Assembly: GCA_965214705.1 (NCBI GenBank) | Contig: OZ243972.1 | Span: forward strand, 992,001 to 1,056,000 | DNA from: Alphaproteobacteria bacterium | GTDB lineage: Bacteria; Pseudomonadota; Alphaproteobacteria; UBA828 | Reading direction: 5' to 3' | Length of the DNA stretch: 64,000 nucleotides | Part shown: in pieces, positions 43,639-53,013 of the stretch | Layout of the letters: every line of letters begins with the position of its first letter | Numbering within the stretch: position 1 is the stretch's first letter | Translations under genes and position numbers: made by a program | Notes under the pieces: generated by a model | What the model was told of the DNA's origin: nothing | What the model saw: the letters and a program-made list of their open reading frames with translations, nothing else | The model's database searches: none

Positions 43639-44321
43639 GAGCCACTGCCCGCCTTCGTCATCATATCGTAGCGCACCCGGTCGTGGGCCTCCACCGGGTC
43701 AACACCCTGACGCACCGCCTCGATGATGCCCTCCTCGATATTCTTGAAGAGCGTGGCGTGCTCCAGCACCTCGGCCGCCCGCGCCAGGGGCACGACGCAG
43801 ACCCCGTTCTCATCGGCGACGATGATGTCGCCCGGTTCGACCGGCACACCGCCGAGGTGCACGGGAATGCCGTAGCCCGCGCAGGCGCAGCGGTTGCGGA
43901 TCGACTGCTGGATGAAGCCCCGCCCGTAGACCGGCAGGTTCAGTTCCTTGTACTCGTCGATGTCGCGGGTGACGCCGTCGATCACCGTGCCAACGAGGCC
44001 GAAGTGCCGGGTGGTGAAGCCCGCGACGCCGCCATAGCTGTTCACGTCCATCCGCCCGCCCTGGTCGATCACGAGAACGTCGCCGGGATTGCCCAGCTTC
44101 ACCGCCTCCAGGGTGCCGAGCACCGGCGATTCACCGGCCTCGCCCACCGGCACCAGCTTCAGCGTCGCGGCAGGGCCCACGATCTTGCCGCAGCTATCCC
44201 AGAGCGGGCCGATGCCGTGCGGCGCGCCCGCGATCCCGGCCCGGTCGAGACCGTCCGAGACGTTGGCGGTGGAGAGCCGGCGGAATCCCTCGATGAGCCC
44301 CTTGAGGTCGGCGTCGGTCAT
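43635..44321 (-). CDS. RraA-family protein (HMG aldolase-like)
   Basis: STANVSD, GPA.T, PGDVLVID, DG..RD, PGDIIVADENG. Confidence 0.82.
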   Translation of the reverse strand: MTDADLKGLIEGFRRLSTANVSDGLDRAGIAGAPHGIGPLWDSCGKIVGPAATLKLVPVGEAGESPVLGTLEAVKLGNPGDVLVIDQGGRMDVNSYGGVAGFTTRHFGLVGTVIDGVTRDIDEYKELNLPVYGRGFIQQSIRNRCACAGYGIPVHLGGVPVEPGDIIVADENGVCVVPLARAAEVLEHATLFKNIEEGIIEAVRQGVDPVEAHDRVRYDMMTKAGSGS

Positions 44322-44332
44322 GGTTGCTCCCG

Positions 44333-45268
44333 CTACGATCGCTGCGGCGTGTCGAAACCGGTCTCCTTGGCCCGGACCAGTGCCGAGACGAGCGTGTTGT
44401 AGGGCGCTTCCAGCCCGAGCGCCAGAGCCTCCGGCGGGATCGCGCCGTTGATCGCGTCGATCTCCGAACGTCGGCCGGCCATGTGGTCCAGCAGCATCGA
44501 GGGGCGGGCGCCGGGAATCTTGGCGCCGAAGTCATGCACGTACGCGACCGGGTCGTCGAAATCGAGGCGGATGCCCTTGGCGCGGGCGACCCGATAGGCC
44601 TCCGCCGCACAACCGGAGGCGATGGGCCAAGCGTCGGCATCCGCCATGATCTCGCCCACGGTGAGCCCCGTGAGTGTCGCCGTGCCGCTGTAGCAGACGT
44701 TGCAGATGAGCTTCTCCCAGACGAGCTGGTCGATATTGTCGAAGCACTTGACCCTGAAGCCAGACTCCCGCCAGAGCGCGGCGATACGCTCCAGCCGGGG
44801 TGTCACTGCGCCGTGTGCTTCGCCGAGCCGCACCAGCTCCATGCCGTTGTGGTGGGCGTGGCCCGGCGCCACGATCGAGGCGCCGAAGCCCCCGACCACG
44901 CCGACGATCACGCGCTGCTCGCCCAGGATGCGGGCGACCTTCGCGGCGCTGCCGAGGCCGTTCTGAATGGTCAGCACCGGGGTCTCGGGGTCGAGCAGGG
45001 CGCGGGCGCCGTTGGCGGCGGCTTCCACCTGTGGTGCCTTGGTCGCGATGATGACGAGATCGCAGTGGCCGACGGTCGCGGGGTCGCTGGTAGCACCCAG
45101 TGCCACCGTGCGGTCGCCACTCGCGCCCTCGAGCCGGAGTCCGTTGGCGACGATGGCGTCGACATGCGCCTGCCAGGTGTCGATCGCCCAGACCTCGTTG
45201 CCGGCATCGGCCATGAGCGCCGCGTAGACGCAGCCCATAGCGCCGGCACCGACAATTCCGATCTTCAT
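44333..45268 (-). CDS. panE: Ketopantoate reductase-family protein
   Basis: GAGAMG, ATKA, QNGLG, WEKL..N, SM..D...GR.SEID.ING. Confidence 0.8.
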   Translation of the reverse strand: MKIGIVGAGAMGCVYAALMADAGNEVWAIDTWQAHVDAIVANGLRLEGASGDRTVALGATSDPATVGHCDLVIIATKAPQVEAAANGARALLDPETPVLTIQNGLGSAAKVARILGEQRVIVGVVGGFGASIVAPGHAHHNGMELVRLGEAHGAVTPRLERIAALWRESGFRVKCFDNIDQLVWEKLICNVCYSGTATLTGLTVGEIMADADAWPIASGCAAEAYRVARAKGIRLDFDDPVAYVHDFGAKIPGARPSMLLDHMAGRRSEIDAINGAIPPEALALGLEAPYNTLVSALVRAKETGFDTPQRS

Positions 45269-45309
45269 GACTCGATGCTCCGTTGGTTTCAGTTGCTGGC
45301 GGGAGCGCC

Positions 45310-46023
45310 CTACCGCGGGCCGATGCGCGCGCCGTGCTCTTCGCAGGACGCTTCGGCCAGCGTGACGAAAGGCTCGGTCACTTCGTCCGGCGCAGGCAGC
45401 TTGGCCGGGTCCTCGCCGGGATAGGCGCGGCGGCGGAGCTCCGTCGCCACCGGGCCAGGGTCGAGCAGGTTGACCCGGAGCGCGCTCCGCCGGGTCTCCG
45501 CCGCGTAGCAGCGCACCAGCGCCTCCAAGCCGGCCTTGCTCGCCGCATAGGGACCCCAGAAGGCGGGTGTGTCCTCAGCAGCGGCGGCGGAGACGAAGAT
45601 CGCCCGGCCCGCGGGCGAGGCCCGCAGCAGGGGATCGAGACTGCGGATCAGGCGCCAGTTGGCGCCGAGGTTGAGCCCGAGCGTCTGCTCCCAATCCTCG
45701 GGCGCGTAGTGTCCCACCGGGCTTAGCTGCCCCAATGTGCCGGCGTTGGCGACGAGGATGTCGAGGCGGCCGAAACGCTCGCCCAGAGCGCCGCCCAGCC
45801 GGTCGATCTGCTCGCCGTCGTGCAGGTCCATCGGCACCAGCGTCGCGGGCTCGCCTGCCGCGCGCTGCACCGCGTCATCCACCTCCTCCAACCCGCCCGT
45901 GGTGCGGGCGACGAGGATGAGCCGCGCGCCTTCGGCGGCGAAGCGGCGGGCGACGGCGGCCCCGATGCCGCGAGAGGCACCGGTCACGAGCGCGATCCGG
46001 CCTTCGAGACGCGGTGGCGCCAC
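45310..46023 (-). CDS. SDR-family oxidoreductase (YciK-like)
   Basis: C-terminal part of ORF 45310..47442; TGASRGIG, NAG, Y..SK (YAASK), PG.VAT; GTG at 46023 follows purF. Confidence 0.88.
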   Translation of the reverse strand: MAPPRLEGRIALVTGASRGIGAAVARRFAAEGARLILVARTTGGLEEVDDAVQRAAGEPATLVPMDLHDGEQIDRLGGALGERFGRLDILVANAGTLGQLSPVGHYAPEDWEQTLGLNLGANWRLIRSLDPLLRASPAGRAIFVSAAAAEDTPAFWGPYAASKAGLEALVRCYAAETRRSALRVNLLDPGPVATELRRRAYPGEDPAKLPAPDEVTEPFVTLAEASCEEHGARIGPR

Positions 46024-46031
46024 GATGCCGG

Positions 46032-47513
46032 CTAGCCCGATTCCGCGAGCAGAGAGAGCTGCGCCGGCGGCTCGCCAACCTGTTGATCCGAAAGCGGGAT
46101 CGGATAGTCGCCGGAGAAGCAGGCGTCGCAATAGCGCGGCCGTGCCGGATCGCGCCCCGGCTCGCCCATGGCCCGGTAGAGACCGTCGATGGTGAGGAAG
46201 GCGAGGCTGTCGACCCCGATGGAGCGCGCCATGGCGTCCACGTCGTGACGGGCGGCCAGCAGCTTCTCGCGCGCCGGCGTATCGACGCCGTAGAAGCAGG
46301 AATGGGCGGTGGGTGGGCTCGCGATGCGCATGTGGACCGCCGCAGCGCCTGCCGAGCGCACCATCTCCACGATCTTGGTGGAGGTGGTGCCCCGCACGAT
46401 GCTGTCGTCGACCAGCACCACCCGCCTGCCTTCGAGGACGTGGCGGTTGGCGTTGTGCTTGAGCTTGACGCCAAGGTGCCTGATCTGATCGGTGGGCTCG
46501 ATGAAGGTGCGCCCGACGTAGTGGTTGCGAATGATGCCGAGCTCGAAGGGCAGGCCGCTTCGCGTGGCGTAGCCGATCGCCGCCGGCACGCCGGAGTCGG
46601 GCACCGGCACCACCACGTCCGCCGGCGCCGGCGCCTCTCGGGCGAGCTCGGCGCCAATGCGTTGCCTCGCCTCGTAGACCCCGATCCCTTCGGAGACGCT
46701 GTCGGGCCGCGCGAAGTAGATGTACTCGAAGATGCAGAAGCGCTGCGCGGTGGAGCGGAACGGCTTGATGCTCTCGACGCCGGCCTCCGAGATGATGACC
46801 AGCTCTCCGGGCTCGATATCGCGCACGAACTGGGCGCCGATGATGTCGAACGCCACCGTCTCCGACGCCAAAATCATCGCGCCGTCGAGCTGGCCCAGGA
46901 CCAGCGGACGTACGCCGTAGGGGTCGCGGACGCCGATCATGGCGTCCTTGGTGAGGGCCACCAGGGAATACGCGCCGCGCACCCGGCCCAGCGCCTCGAT
47001 CATGCGCTCGACCACGCGCTCGCGGCGGCTGATGGCGATCAGGTGGACGATCACCTCGGTGTCGGAGGTGGACTGGAAGATGCAGCCGCGCGAGACGAGA
47101 TCGCCGCGGAGCGAAAGCGCGTTGGTGAGGTTGCCGTTGTGCGCGATGCTGAGCCCGCCGAAGGCGAGGTCGGCGAAAAGCGGCTGGATGTTGCGTACCT
47201 CCGGCGCGCCCTGGGTGGAGTACCGGTTGTGGCCGATGGCGGCGTGGCCCTCCAGCGCGTCGATCACCTCGCCCGAAGAGAAGATATCGCCGACCCGCCC
47301 GAGCGCCCGGTGCGAATGGAAGAGCGTGCCGTCTGTGCTGACGATGCCGGCGGATTCCTGCCCCCGGTGCTGCAGCGCGTGCAGGCCGAGCGCCGCGTGG
47401 GCCGCCGCGTCGGGGTGACCGAAGATGCCGAAGACCCCGCATTCCTCGCGCAGCTTGTCGTCGTCGGGCGCGACACCCACGGCCGCGTCGCCCGTCCAGG
47501 CTGCCGCCATCAC
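46032..47513 (-). CDS. purF: Amidophosphoribosyltransferase
   Basis: Propeptide then ECGVFG, LQHRGQE, HNGN, VPDSG, VDDSIVRGTT, YCDACF. Confidence 0.97.
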   Translation of the reverse strand: MMAAAWTGDAAVGVAPDDDKLREECGVFGIFGHPDAAAHAALGLHALQHRGQESAGIVSTDGTLFHSHRALGRVGDIFSSGEVIDALEGHAAIGHNRYSTQGAPEVRNIQPLFADLAFGGLSIAHNGNLTNALSLRGDLVSRGCIFQSTSDTEVIVHLIAISRRERVVERMIEALGRVRGAYSLVALTKDAMIGVRDPYGVRPLVLGQLDGAMILASETVAFDIIGAQFVRDIEPGELVIISEAGVESIKPFRSTAQRFCIFEYIYFARPDSVSEGIGVYEARQRIGAELAREAPAPADVVVPVPDSGVPAAIGYATRSGLPFELGIIRNHYVGRTFIEPTDQIRHLGVKLKHNANRHVLEGRRVVLVDDSIVRGTTSTKIVEMVRSAGAAAVHMRIASPPTAHSCFYGVDTPAREKLLAARHDVDAMARSIGVDSLAFLTIDGLYRAMGEPGRDPARPRYCDACFSGDYPIPLSDQQVGEPPAQLSLLAESG

Positions 47514-48172
47514 TCGACGCTTTCGCTCAAGCCGTCGAGCTGGTTCCGCTCGCGGTCGCTGTAGCCGGTCTCGCCGTCCTCTTCGCTTCGCTCGGCAGGC
47601 ACGGGCTCGGTCAGCTCCTTCACGCTTCGCTCCCGGCCATCTTCGAAAGTCTCCTCGATGTGCCGAGTGCCTTCCTCGGCGACCTCCTCCGGGACCACCT
47701 CCTGCAACGCGGCGACGCCCTGCTTGATATACGGCAAGGTTCTGGCCTCGTCGACCCAGGGCGGCCAGTCGCTTTGCGGCACCACAGAGCCGAACAGCAT
47801 GTAGGCGATGCAGACCAGAGCCGCACCGCGCAGTATGCCGAAGATGAAGCCGAGAGTGCGGTCCAGCGCCCCGCCGCGGCTCCGCTGGATGCGGCCGGAG
47901 ATGATCTGGTTGATGATCGTGAGGATCACCAGCACGACGACGAAGACCGCAACGCCCGCGACCACGTCGGCGATCAGCATGGAGTCCGGGATCAGGTCGC
48001 GGGCGATGGGCCTAGTGTGAGGAAAGGCGAAGAAGGTCGCGACGCCCGCGCCAACCCAGGCCCCGATGCCGAGAATCTCCCGCGCGGCCCCTCGCCCGAA
48101 GGCGAGCAGCGCCGAGAGGACAATGATCAGCGCCACCAGGATGTCGATCAGATTGACCGGCAGGTCTTCCAT
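47510..48172 (-). CDS. cvpA: CvpA (colicin V production)-family membrane protein
   Basis: D......I.LS...RG..RE, DRTLGFIFG..RG; upstream of purF. Confidence 0.88.
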   Translation of the reverse strand: MEDLPVNLIDILVALIIVLSALLAFGRGAAREILGIGAWVGAGVATFFAFPHTRPIARDLIPDSMLIADVVAGVAVFVVVLVILTIINQIISGRIQRSRGGALDRTLGFIFGILRGAALVCIAYMLFGSVVPQSDWPPWVDEARTLPYIKQGVAALQEVVPEEVAEEGTRHIEETFEDGRERSVKELTEPVPAERSEEDGETGYSDRERNQLDGLSESVE

Positions 48173-48185
48173 TCTGCCTCGATGG

Positions 48186-49574
48186 TCAGGGCGCGCGCCC
48201 GGCCTCCGGGGGAAAGAGCGCCACCAGGTCGTGCACATGGGTGAGCCGCCGCACCGCGATCCCCTGACCCTCCGCCTCGCTGCCCTGGGCGCGGTCCGGC
48301 ACCGGCGCAAGCGCATGGGTGAAGCCGAGCTTGGCGGCCTCCTTGAGCCTGGCCTCGCCCTGGCTCACCGGCCGAATCTCGCCGCCGAGCCCGACCTCGC
48401 CGAAGATGACGGCGCCGTGGTCGAGCGCCCGGCCCGCCGCGGACGAGGCGAGCGCGGCCGCGACCGCAAGATCGGCCGCGGGCTCGGTGATGCGCAAGCC
48501 GCCGGCGACGTTGAGATAGACGTCGCAGACGCTGAGCCGAAGGCCCGCACGGGCCTCCAGCACCGCGAGCACCATGGCGAGCCGGCCGGCATCCCAACCC
48601 ACCACGGTGCGCCGCGGCGAGCCTGCCGGCCCCGGCGCCACCAGTGCCTGAATCTCGACCAGCACCGGCCGCGAGCCCTCGACCCCGGCAAAGACCGCAG
48701 CACCGGGCACCGGGCCCCGTTCGGGATCGACGAACAGGCTGGAAGGGTTGGGAATTTCCATGAGCCCGCGGTCGGTCATCTCGAACACGCCGATCTCGTC
48801 GGTCGGCCCGAAGCGGTTCTTGATGGCACGCACGATGCGGAACTGGTGGCCGCGCTCGCCCTCGAAGTAGAGCACGCAGTCGACCATGTGCTCGAGCACG
48901 CGGGGGCCCGCGATTTGGCCCTCCTTGGTGACGTGGCCGACGAGCACCAGGACAGTGCCGGTGCGCTTGGCAACGCGGATCAGCTCCTGGGCGGAGCCCC
49001 GCACCTGGGCGACCGTCCCCGGTGCCGAATCCAGGTTGTCGAGGTACATGGTCTGGATCGAATCGATCACCACCATGTCGGGCGGCGACCCCTCCTCCAG
49101 GCTTGTCACGATATCGCGCACGTCGATGGCCGCCGCCAGCCCGATCGGCGCGCCAGCGAGGCCGAGCCGGGCGGCGCGCATGCGGATCTGCTCCAGGCCC
49201 TCTTCACCCGAGATGTAGGCGGCGGGACTGCCACCGCCGGTCAGCGCGGCCGCGACTTGCAGGAGCAAGGTGGACTTGCCGATACCCGGATCGCCGGCGA
49301 GCAGGACGGCTGAGCCCGGCACGAAGCCGCCGCCCACGACCCGGTCGATCTCTCCGATGCCGCAGGGCCGCCGGGTGAGCACGCCGCCCGGCCCGTCGAG
49401 GGGCTGAAAATCGATTACGCGGCCCTTGCCGCCGCCGAGGCCGCGCGGCGGTGCCTCGCGCGGCACTTCCTCCGAGAGGCTGTTCCACGCGCCGCAGGCG
49501 TCGCAACGGCCGGCCCAGCGCGACCGCGCAGCGCCGCAGTCGCTGCAGACGAAGCGCTTTTCTGCCTTCGCCAC
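48186..49574 (-). CDS. radA: DNA repair protein RadA/Sms
   Basis: C..CG..W.GRC..C..WN, GDPGIGKSTL, DSIQT, KNRFG, GEVGL.GE. Confidence 0.96.
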   Translation of the reverse strand: MAKAEKRFVCSDCGAARSRWAGRCDACGAWNSLSEEVPREAPPRGLGGGKGRVIDFQPLDGPGGVLTRRPCGIGEIDRVVGGGFVPGSAVLLAGDPGIGKSTLLLQVAAALTGGGSPAAYISGEEGLEQIRMRAARLGLAGAPIGLAAAIDVRDIVTSLEEGSPPDMVVIDSIQTMYLDNLDSAPGTVAQVRGSAQELIRVAKRTGTVLVLVGHVTKEGQIAGPRVLEHMVDCVLYFEGERGHQFRIVRAIKNRFGPTDEIGVFEMTDRGLMEIPNPSSLFVDPERGPVPGAAVFAGVEGSRPVLVEIQALVAPGPAGSPRRTVVGWDAGRLAMVLAVLEARAGLRLSVCDVYLNVAGGLRITEPAADLAVAAALASSAAGRALDHGAVIFGEVGLGGEIRPVSQGEARLKEAAKLGFTHALAPVPDRAQGSEAEGQGIAVRRLTHVHDLVALFPPEAGRAP

Positions 49575-49616
49575 CGGTTCTCTCAGCGGGACCGCGGTGC
49601 GGGCGCCGCGCGCCGT

Positions 49617-50432
49617 TCAGCCGGCCGCGGCATGGGCGACCGCAAGCTGGATCGGGCCCTCAGCCCGGCCGTTGATGAACTGCTCCACATGCGCGTTCCC
49701 GCAGCTGTCGATCTCGGCGGCGGGTCCCTGCCAAACGATCGCACCGTCGTGGATCATGGCGATCCGGTCGGCGATCTTGCGCGCGCTCCTCATGTCGTGG
49801 GTGATGGTGAGCGCGGTTGCGCCGAGCTCGTGCGTGCAGGTGACGATCAGGTCGTTGATGACATCGGCCATGATCGGGTCGAGCCCCGTCGTCGGCTCGT
49901 CGAAGAGGATGATCTCGGGCTTGGTGGCGATGGCGCGGGCGAGCCCCACCCGCTTGCGCATGCCGCCGGAGAGCGCGGCGGGGTAGAGTTCGGCCGAGGC
50001 CGCGTCGAGGCCCACCTGGGCCATAGTCTCTATGGCGAGCCCGCGCGCCTGCCTGCGAGGCATGCCCTGCGCCTGGATCAGGCCAAAGGCGACGTTCTCC
50101 CACACCGACAGGCTGTCGAAGAGTGCTGCGTTCTGAAACAGCATGCCGATCTTGCGCATGGCGGCCTCGCGGGCCGTGCGATTGCGGGAAAGCTCCTCGC
50201 CGTCGACGGTCACGCTGCCGGCGTCGGGGCGGAGCAGGCCGAGCAGGCACTTGAGCATGACCGACTTGCCGACGCCCGAGCAGCCGATCACCACGACGGA
50301 CTCCCCGGTGCCGATCTCGAGGTCGAGGCCGTCGAGCACCACCGCCCCGCCGAACGCCTTGCAGAGACCGCGCAGGGCGATCTTGGGCTGGTTCGCGCCC
50401 GGGCCGGTGCGGTCGTTCGCGGGCGCACTCAT
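49617..50432 (-). CDS. mlaF: ABC transporter ATP-binding protein, MlaF-like
   Basis: G.SGVGKS, FQ..ALFDSL, LSGGMRKRV, DEPTTGLDP, THD. Confidence 0.88.
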   Translation of the reverse strand: MSAPANDRTGPGANQPKIALRGLCKAFGGAVVLDGLDLEIGTGESVVVIGCSGVGKSVMLKCLLGLLRPDAGSVTVDGEELSRNRTAREAAMRKIGMLFQNAALFDSLSVWENVAFGLIQAQGMPRRQARGLAIETMAQVGLDAASAELYPAALSGGMRKRVGLARAIATKPEIILFDEPTTGLDPIMADVINDLIVTCTHELGATALTITHDMRSARKIADRIAMIHDGAIVWQGPAAEIDSCGNAHVEQFINGRAEGPIQLAVAHAAAG

Positions 50433-51208
50433 TGGGCGAAGAACGCTTCGGTGATGATGTAGTTGAAGATCAGCACCAGGATCGCGCCGGTGACCACGGC
50501 GTTGGTGGTGGCCTTGCCCACCCCCTGAGCGCCACCCCTGGAGTGGAAGCCGTGGTAGCAGCCCATCAGCGCGATCAGGTAGCCGAAGACGGCAGCTTTG
50601 ACGAGGCCGGAGGCCACGTCCATGACCTCCAGATATTCGAGGGTGTTGTTGATATAGGCGTCCGGGTTGAAGCCGAGCTTGAAGACGCTGACCAGATAGC
50701 CGCCGCCGACGCCGATGATGTCGGTAACGAGAACGAGGAAGGGCAGCATGAGTAAGCCGGCGAGCAGGCGCGGCACGATCAGGTATTTGTGCGGGTTGGT
50801 CGAGAGCGTGGTGAGCGCGTCGATCTGCTCAGTGACCCGCATGGTGCCGATTTCCGCCGCCATCGCGGCGCCGACCCGGCCGGCGACCATGAGGCCCGCC
50901 AGCACCGGCCCGAGCTCGCGGGTGATCGAGAGCACGACGACGGTGGGGATCGTGCTCTCGGCGGAGAAGCGGGAAAACCCGGTGTAGCTCTGCAGCGCCA
51001 GCACCATGCCGGCGAAGAGGCCGGTGAGCCCCACCACCGGCAGGGAATAGAAGCCGATCTCCACCATCTGGCGCAGAAGCAGGCGCGGGTAGAAGGGCGG
51101 CCTCGCGCAGTGAGAGGTCGCTTCGAGCGCGAAGAGGGAGAGGCGCCCGACAGCCTCGAACAGCGCCAGGACGCCATGGCCGATCGCCTGTAGCGGAGGT
51201 CTCTTCAC
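50429..51208 (-). CDS. mlaE: ABC transporter permease MlaE
   Basis: SLPVV.LT, RELGPVL, AGRVG..AAEIGTM.V.EQIDAL, GVG.ATT.AVV. Confidence 0.9.
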   Translation of the reverse strand: MKRPPLQAIGHGVLALFEAVGRLSLFALEATSHCARPPFYPRLLLRQMVEIGFYSLPVVGLTGLFAGMVLALQSYTGFSRFSAESTIPTVVVLSITRELGPVLAGLMVAGRVGAAMAAEIGTMRVTEQIDALTTLSTNPHKYLIVPRLLAGLLMLPFLVLVTDIIGVGGGYLVSVFKLGFNPDAYINNTLEYLEVMDVASGLVKAAVFGYLIALMGCYHGFHSRGGAQGVGKATTNAVVTGAILVLIFNYIITEAFFAQ

Positions 51209-51412
51209 GCAGCGTTCCCGTCGATGACGCCTCCGGGCCGACCCGCCCAGGCCACGACTCGGCGCCAAGCGCGCGGGACTCTAGCCCGGATTTCTCGCCA
51301 CGGTCACGGCCCGCGTCCCATTCAGGCGTTCGACCCGCGATGCGCGGCCCGATCCGCGCCTCACGGCCCCAAATTCAAGGCCTGAGATGTCGCGGATAGG
51401 CGAAAGGTCGGG

Positions 51413-52300
51413 TCAGCGGTCCGCGAGGAAGGCCAGAATCTCCCGCGCCGTTGCTTCCGGCGCCTCCTCGGGCAGGAAGTGACCGCAGTCGAGCGCTTGG
51501 CCCTGCACGTCCTCCGCTCGCTCACGCCAGCTCTCCAGCATGCTGAGCCCCTTGCCGGTCTGCCAGCCGGGGCGCTTGGGCATGGTGCCGGCCCAGAGCA
51601 CCAGCATCGGGCAGGCGATCTTGCGGCCCCGGTCCGCCTCGTCGTGAACCAGGTCCAGCGCGATGGCGCGGTAGTCCATGCACATGCAATGGAGAGTCTC
51701 GGGGTCGCTGAAGCAGCGGAGATAGTCGGCATAAGCCTCGGGCGCGATGGCACCGTCAGCGGCGGTCCACTGGTCCAGCAGGAAGTCGAGGAAGAGCTGC
51801 GCGCTATTGCCGATCAGCGTTTCGGGAAACGGCGCTGGCTGACGCATCAGGTGCCAGTGGAACCATGAGAACGCCAGATCGCGGTCCATGTTCTCGAAGG
51901 CCGCCTGGGAGGCCACCACGTCGAGCGAGGTGAAGGTACGCACCCGCTCCGGGTGGTCGAGCGCCATGCGATGGCCGACGCGGGCGCCGCGATCGTGCCC
52001 CACCACGTGGAAGCGATCGAAGCCCAGAGCCCCCATGACCTCGACCTGATCCTGCGCCGAGGCGCGCTTGGAGTGGTCGTTGAAGTCGTCCGACGCCGGC
52101 TTGCCGCTGTCGCCGTAGCCGCGCAGGTCGGGCGCCACCACCGTGTGGTGCTCGGCGAATATCGGCGCCACTTTGTGCCACATCAGGTGATTCTGCGGAT
52201 AACCGTGGAGCAGCAGAAGCGGCGGACCCTCGCCCCCCTTCACGAGATTGATCGTGATGGACGAGGTCTCGACCTGGGTCTTGGTGAAGCCGTCGAACAT
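51413..52300 (-). CDS. Alpha/beta hydrolase, fluoroacetate/haloacetate dehalogenase-like
   Basis: LLHGYPQ.H.MW, DLRGYG.S, SKR..A.D, GHDRGARV (Asp nucleophile plus Arg pair), FHW, DYRA, CGHFLPEE. Confidence 0.82.
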   Translation of the reverse strand: MFDGFTKTQVETSSITINLVKGGEGPPLLLLHGYPQNHLMWHKVAPIFAEHHTVVAPDLRGYGDSGKPASDDFNDHSKRASAQDQVEVMGALGFDRFHVVGHDRGARVGHRMALDHPERVRTFTSLDVVASQAAFENMDRDLAFSWFHWHLMRQPAPFPETLIGNSAQLFLDFLLDQWTAADGAIAPEAYADYLRCFSDPETLHCMCMDYRAIALDLVHDEADRGRKIACPMLVLWAGTMPKRPGWQTGKGLSMLESWRERAEDVQGQALDCGHFLPEEAPEATAREILAFLADR

Positions 52301-52485
52301 GCTTGGCTCATTCGTCGAATGACAACACGCGCCGCCGTCTGCCGCAGCAGCATAGCAGTTATGCCGAGCTGGGGGGGTTCGACCACGCCGTGGCCGGACA
52401 CATATCGGAATCAGGACTGGTGTGCGGCGGATCGGGTATCGGCCGCCGCAACACCTTTGACACTCCGGAAACAGGAGGTGAGGAC

Positions 52486-52671
52486 ATGGTTCTTACACCC
52501 ATCACCCGAGCGGTCCGGAAGTGGCGGGAGCGCAGCCGTGCGCGGCGGGAGCTCCAGCGCCTGACCGATCTCGAGCTTGCCGATATCGGGCTCAACCGGG
52601 GCGACATCGACGCGGTGGTGCGCGGCGATATCGTGCGGTCGCGACCGTCCGGCTTCTATAAGGTTCGGTAA
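52486..52671 (+). CDS. DUF1127-family small Arg-rich protein
   Basis: AGGAGGTGAGGA RBS; W.ER.R.RRELQRL.D.ELADIGLNR.DI. Confidence 0.88.
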   Translation: MVLTPITRAVRKWRERSRARRELQRLTDLELADIGLNRGDIDAVVRGDIVRSRPSGFYKVR

Positions 52672-52841
52672 TAAGGGAGGCGGGGCCGGCCTGCGGGTCG
52701 GCCTCGCCACCCCGCCTGACTCCGGGTTGATCTGACCCAATACAGGGAGGAATGAGATGGGTCCCTTGAAGCAGGGGTGAATGTCCTGAAGCGGGACACG
52801 CCGTTGCCGCTGCGCCTGCGCTGTGGCAATGTCGCGCCCGC

Positions 52842-52913
52842 GCCGCCGTAGCTCAGGGGTAGAGCACTCCCTTGGTAAGGGAGGGGTCGGAAGTTCAATT
52901 CTTCCCGGCGGCA
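52842..52913 (+). tRNA. tRNA-Thr(GGT)
   Basis: Acceptor GCCGCCG/CGGCGGC, D arm GCTC..GAGC, anticodon stem CTCCC-TTGGTAA-GGGAG, T loop GTTCAATT; followed by CCG, so CCA is not fully encoded. Confidence 0.95.
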
Positions 52914-53013
52914 CCGGCGCCCCCGTCGGACGCGACAAAACTCCCGGCTGCGCTTCCCGCCATAGGTCCACCTCGCCTATAATCGGCCCTGCAGCGAGAC
53001 TGCGGGGGTAGTC

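Noticed and set aside
45310-47442. 710-aa ORF suggesting a large SDR fusion
   Set aside because: The N-terminal ~470 aa overlap purF in another frame and are Arg/Gly-rich noise; the real SDR starts at about 46023.
52672-52841. Cuckoo/CcsR sRNA repeats after DUF1127
   Set aside because: No repeated CCTCCTCCC loop motifs on the sense strand.
52842-53013. tRNA-Thr as an integration site for an island or prophage
   Set aside because: No integrase was found and no duplicated tRNA 3' end was noticed; housekeeping genes follow immediately.
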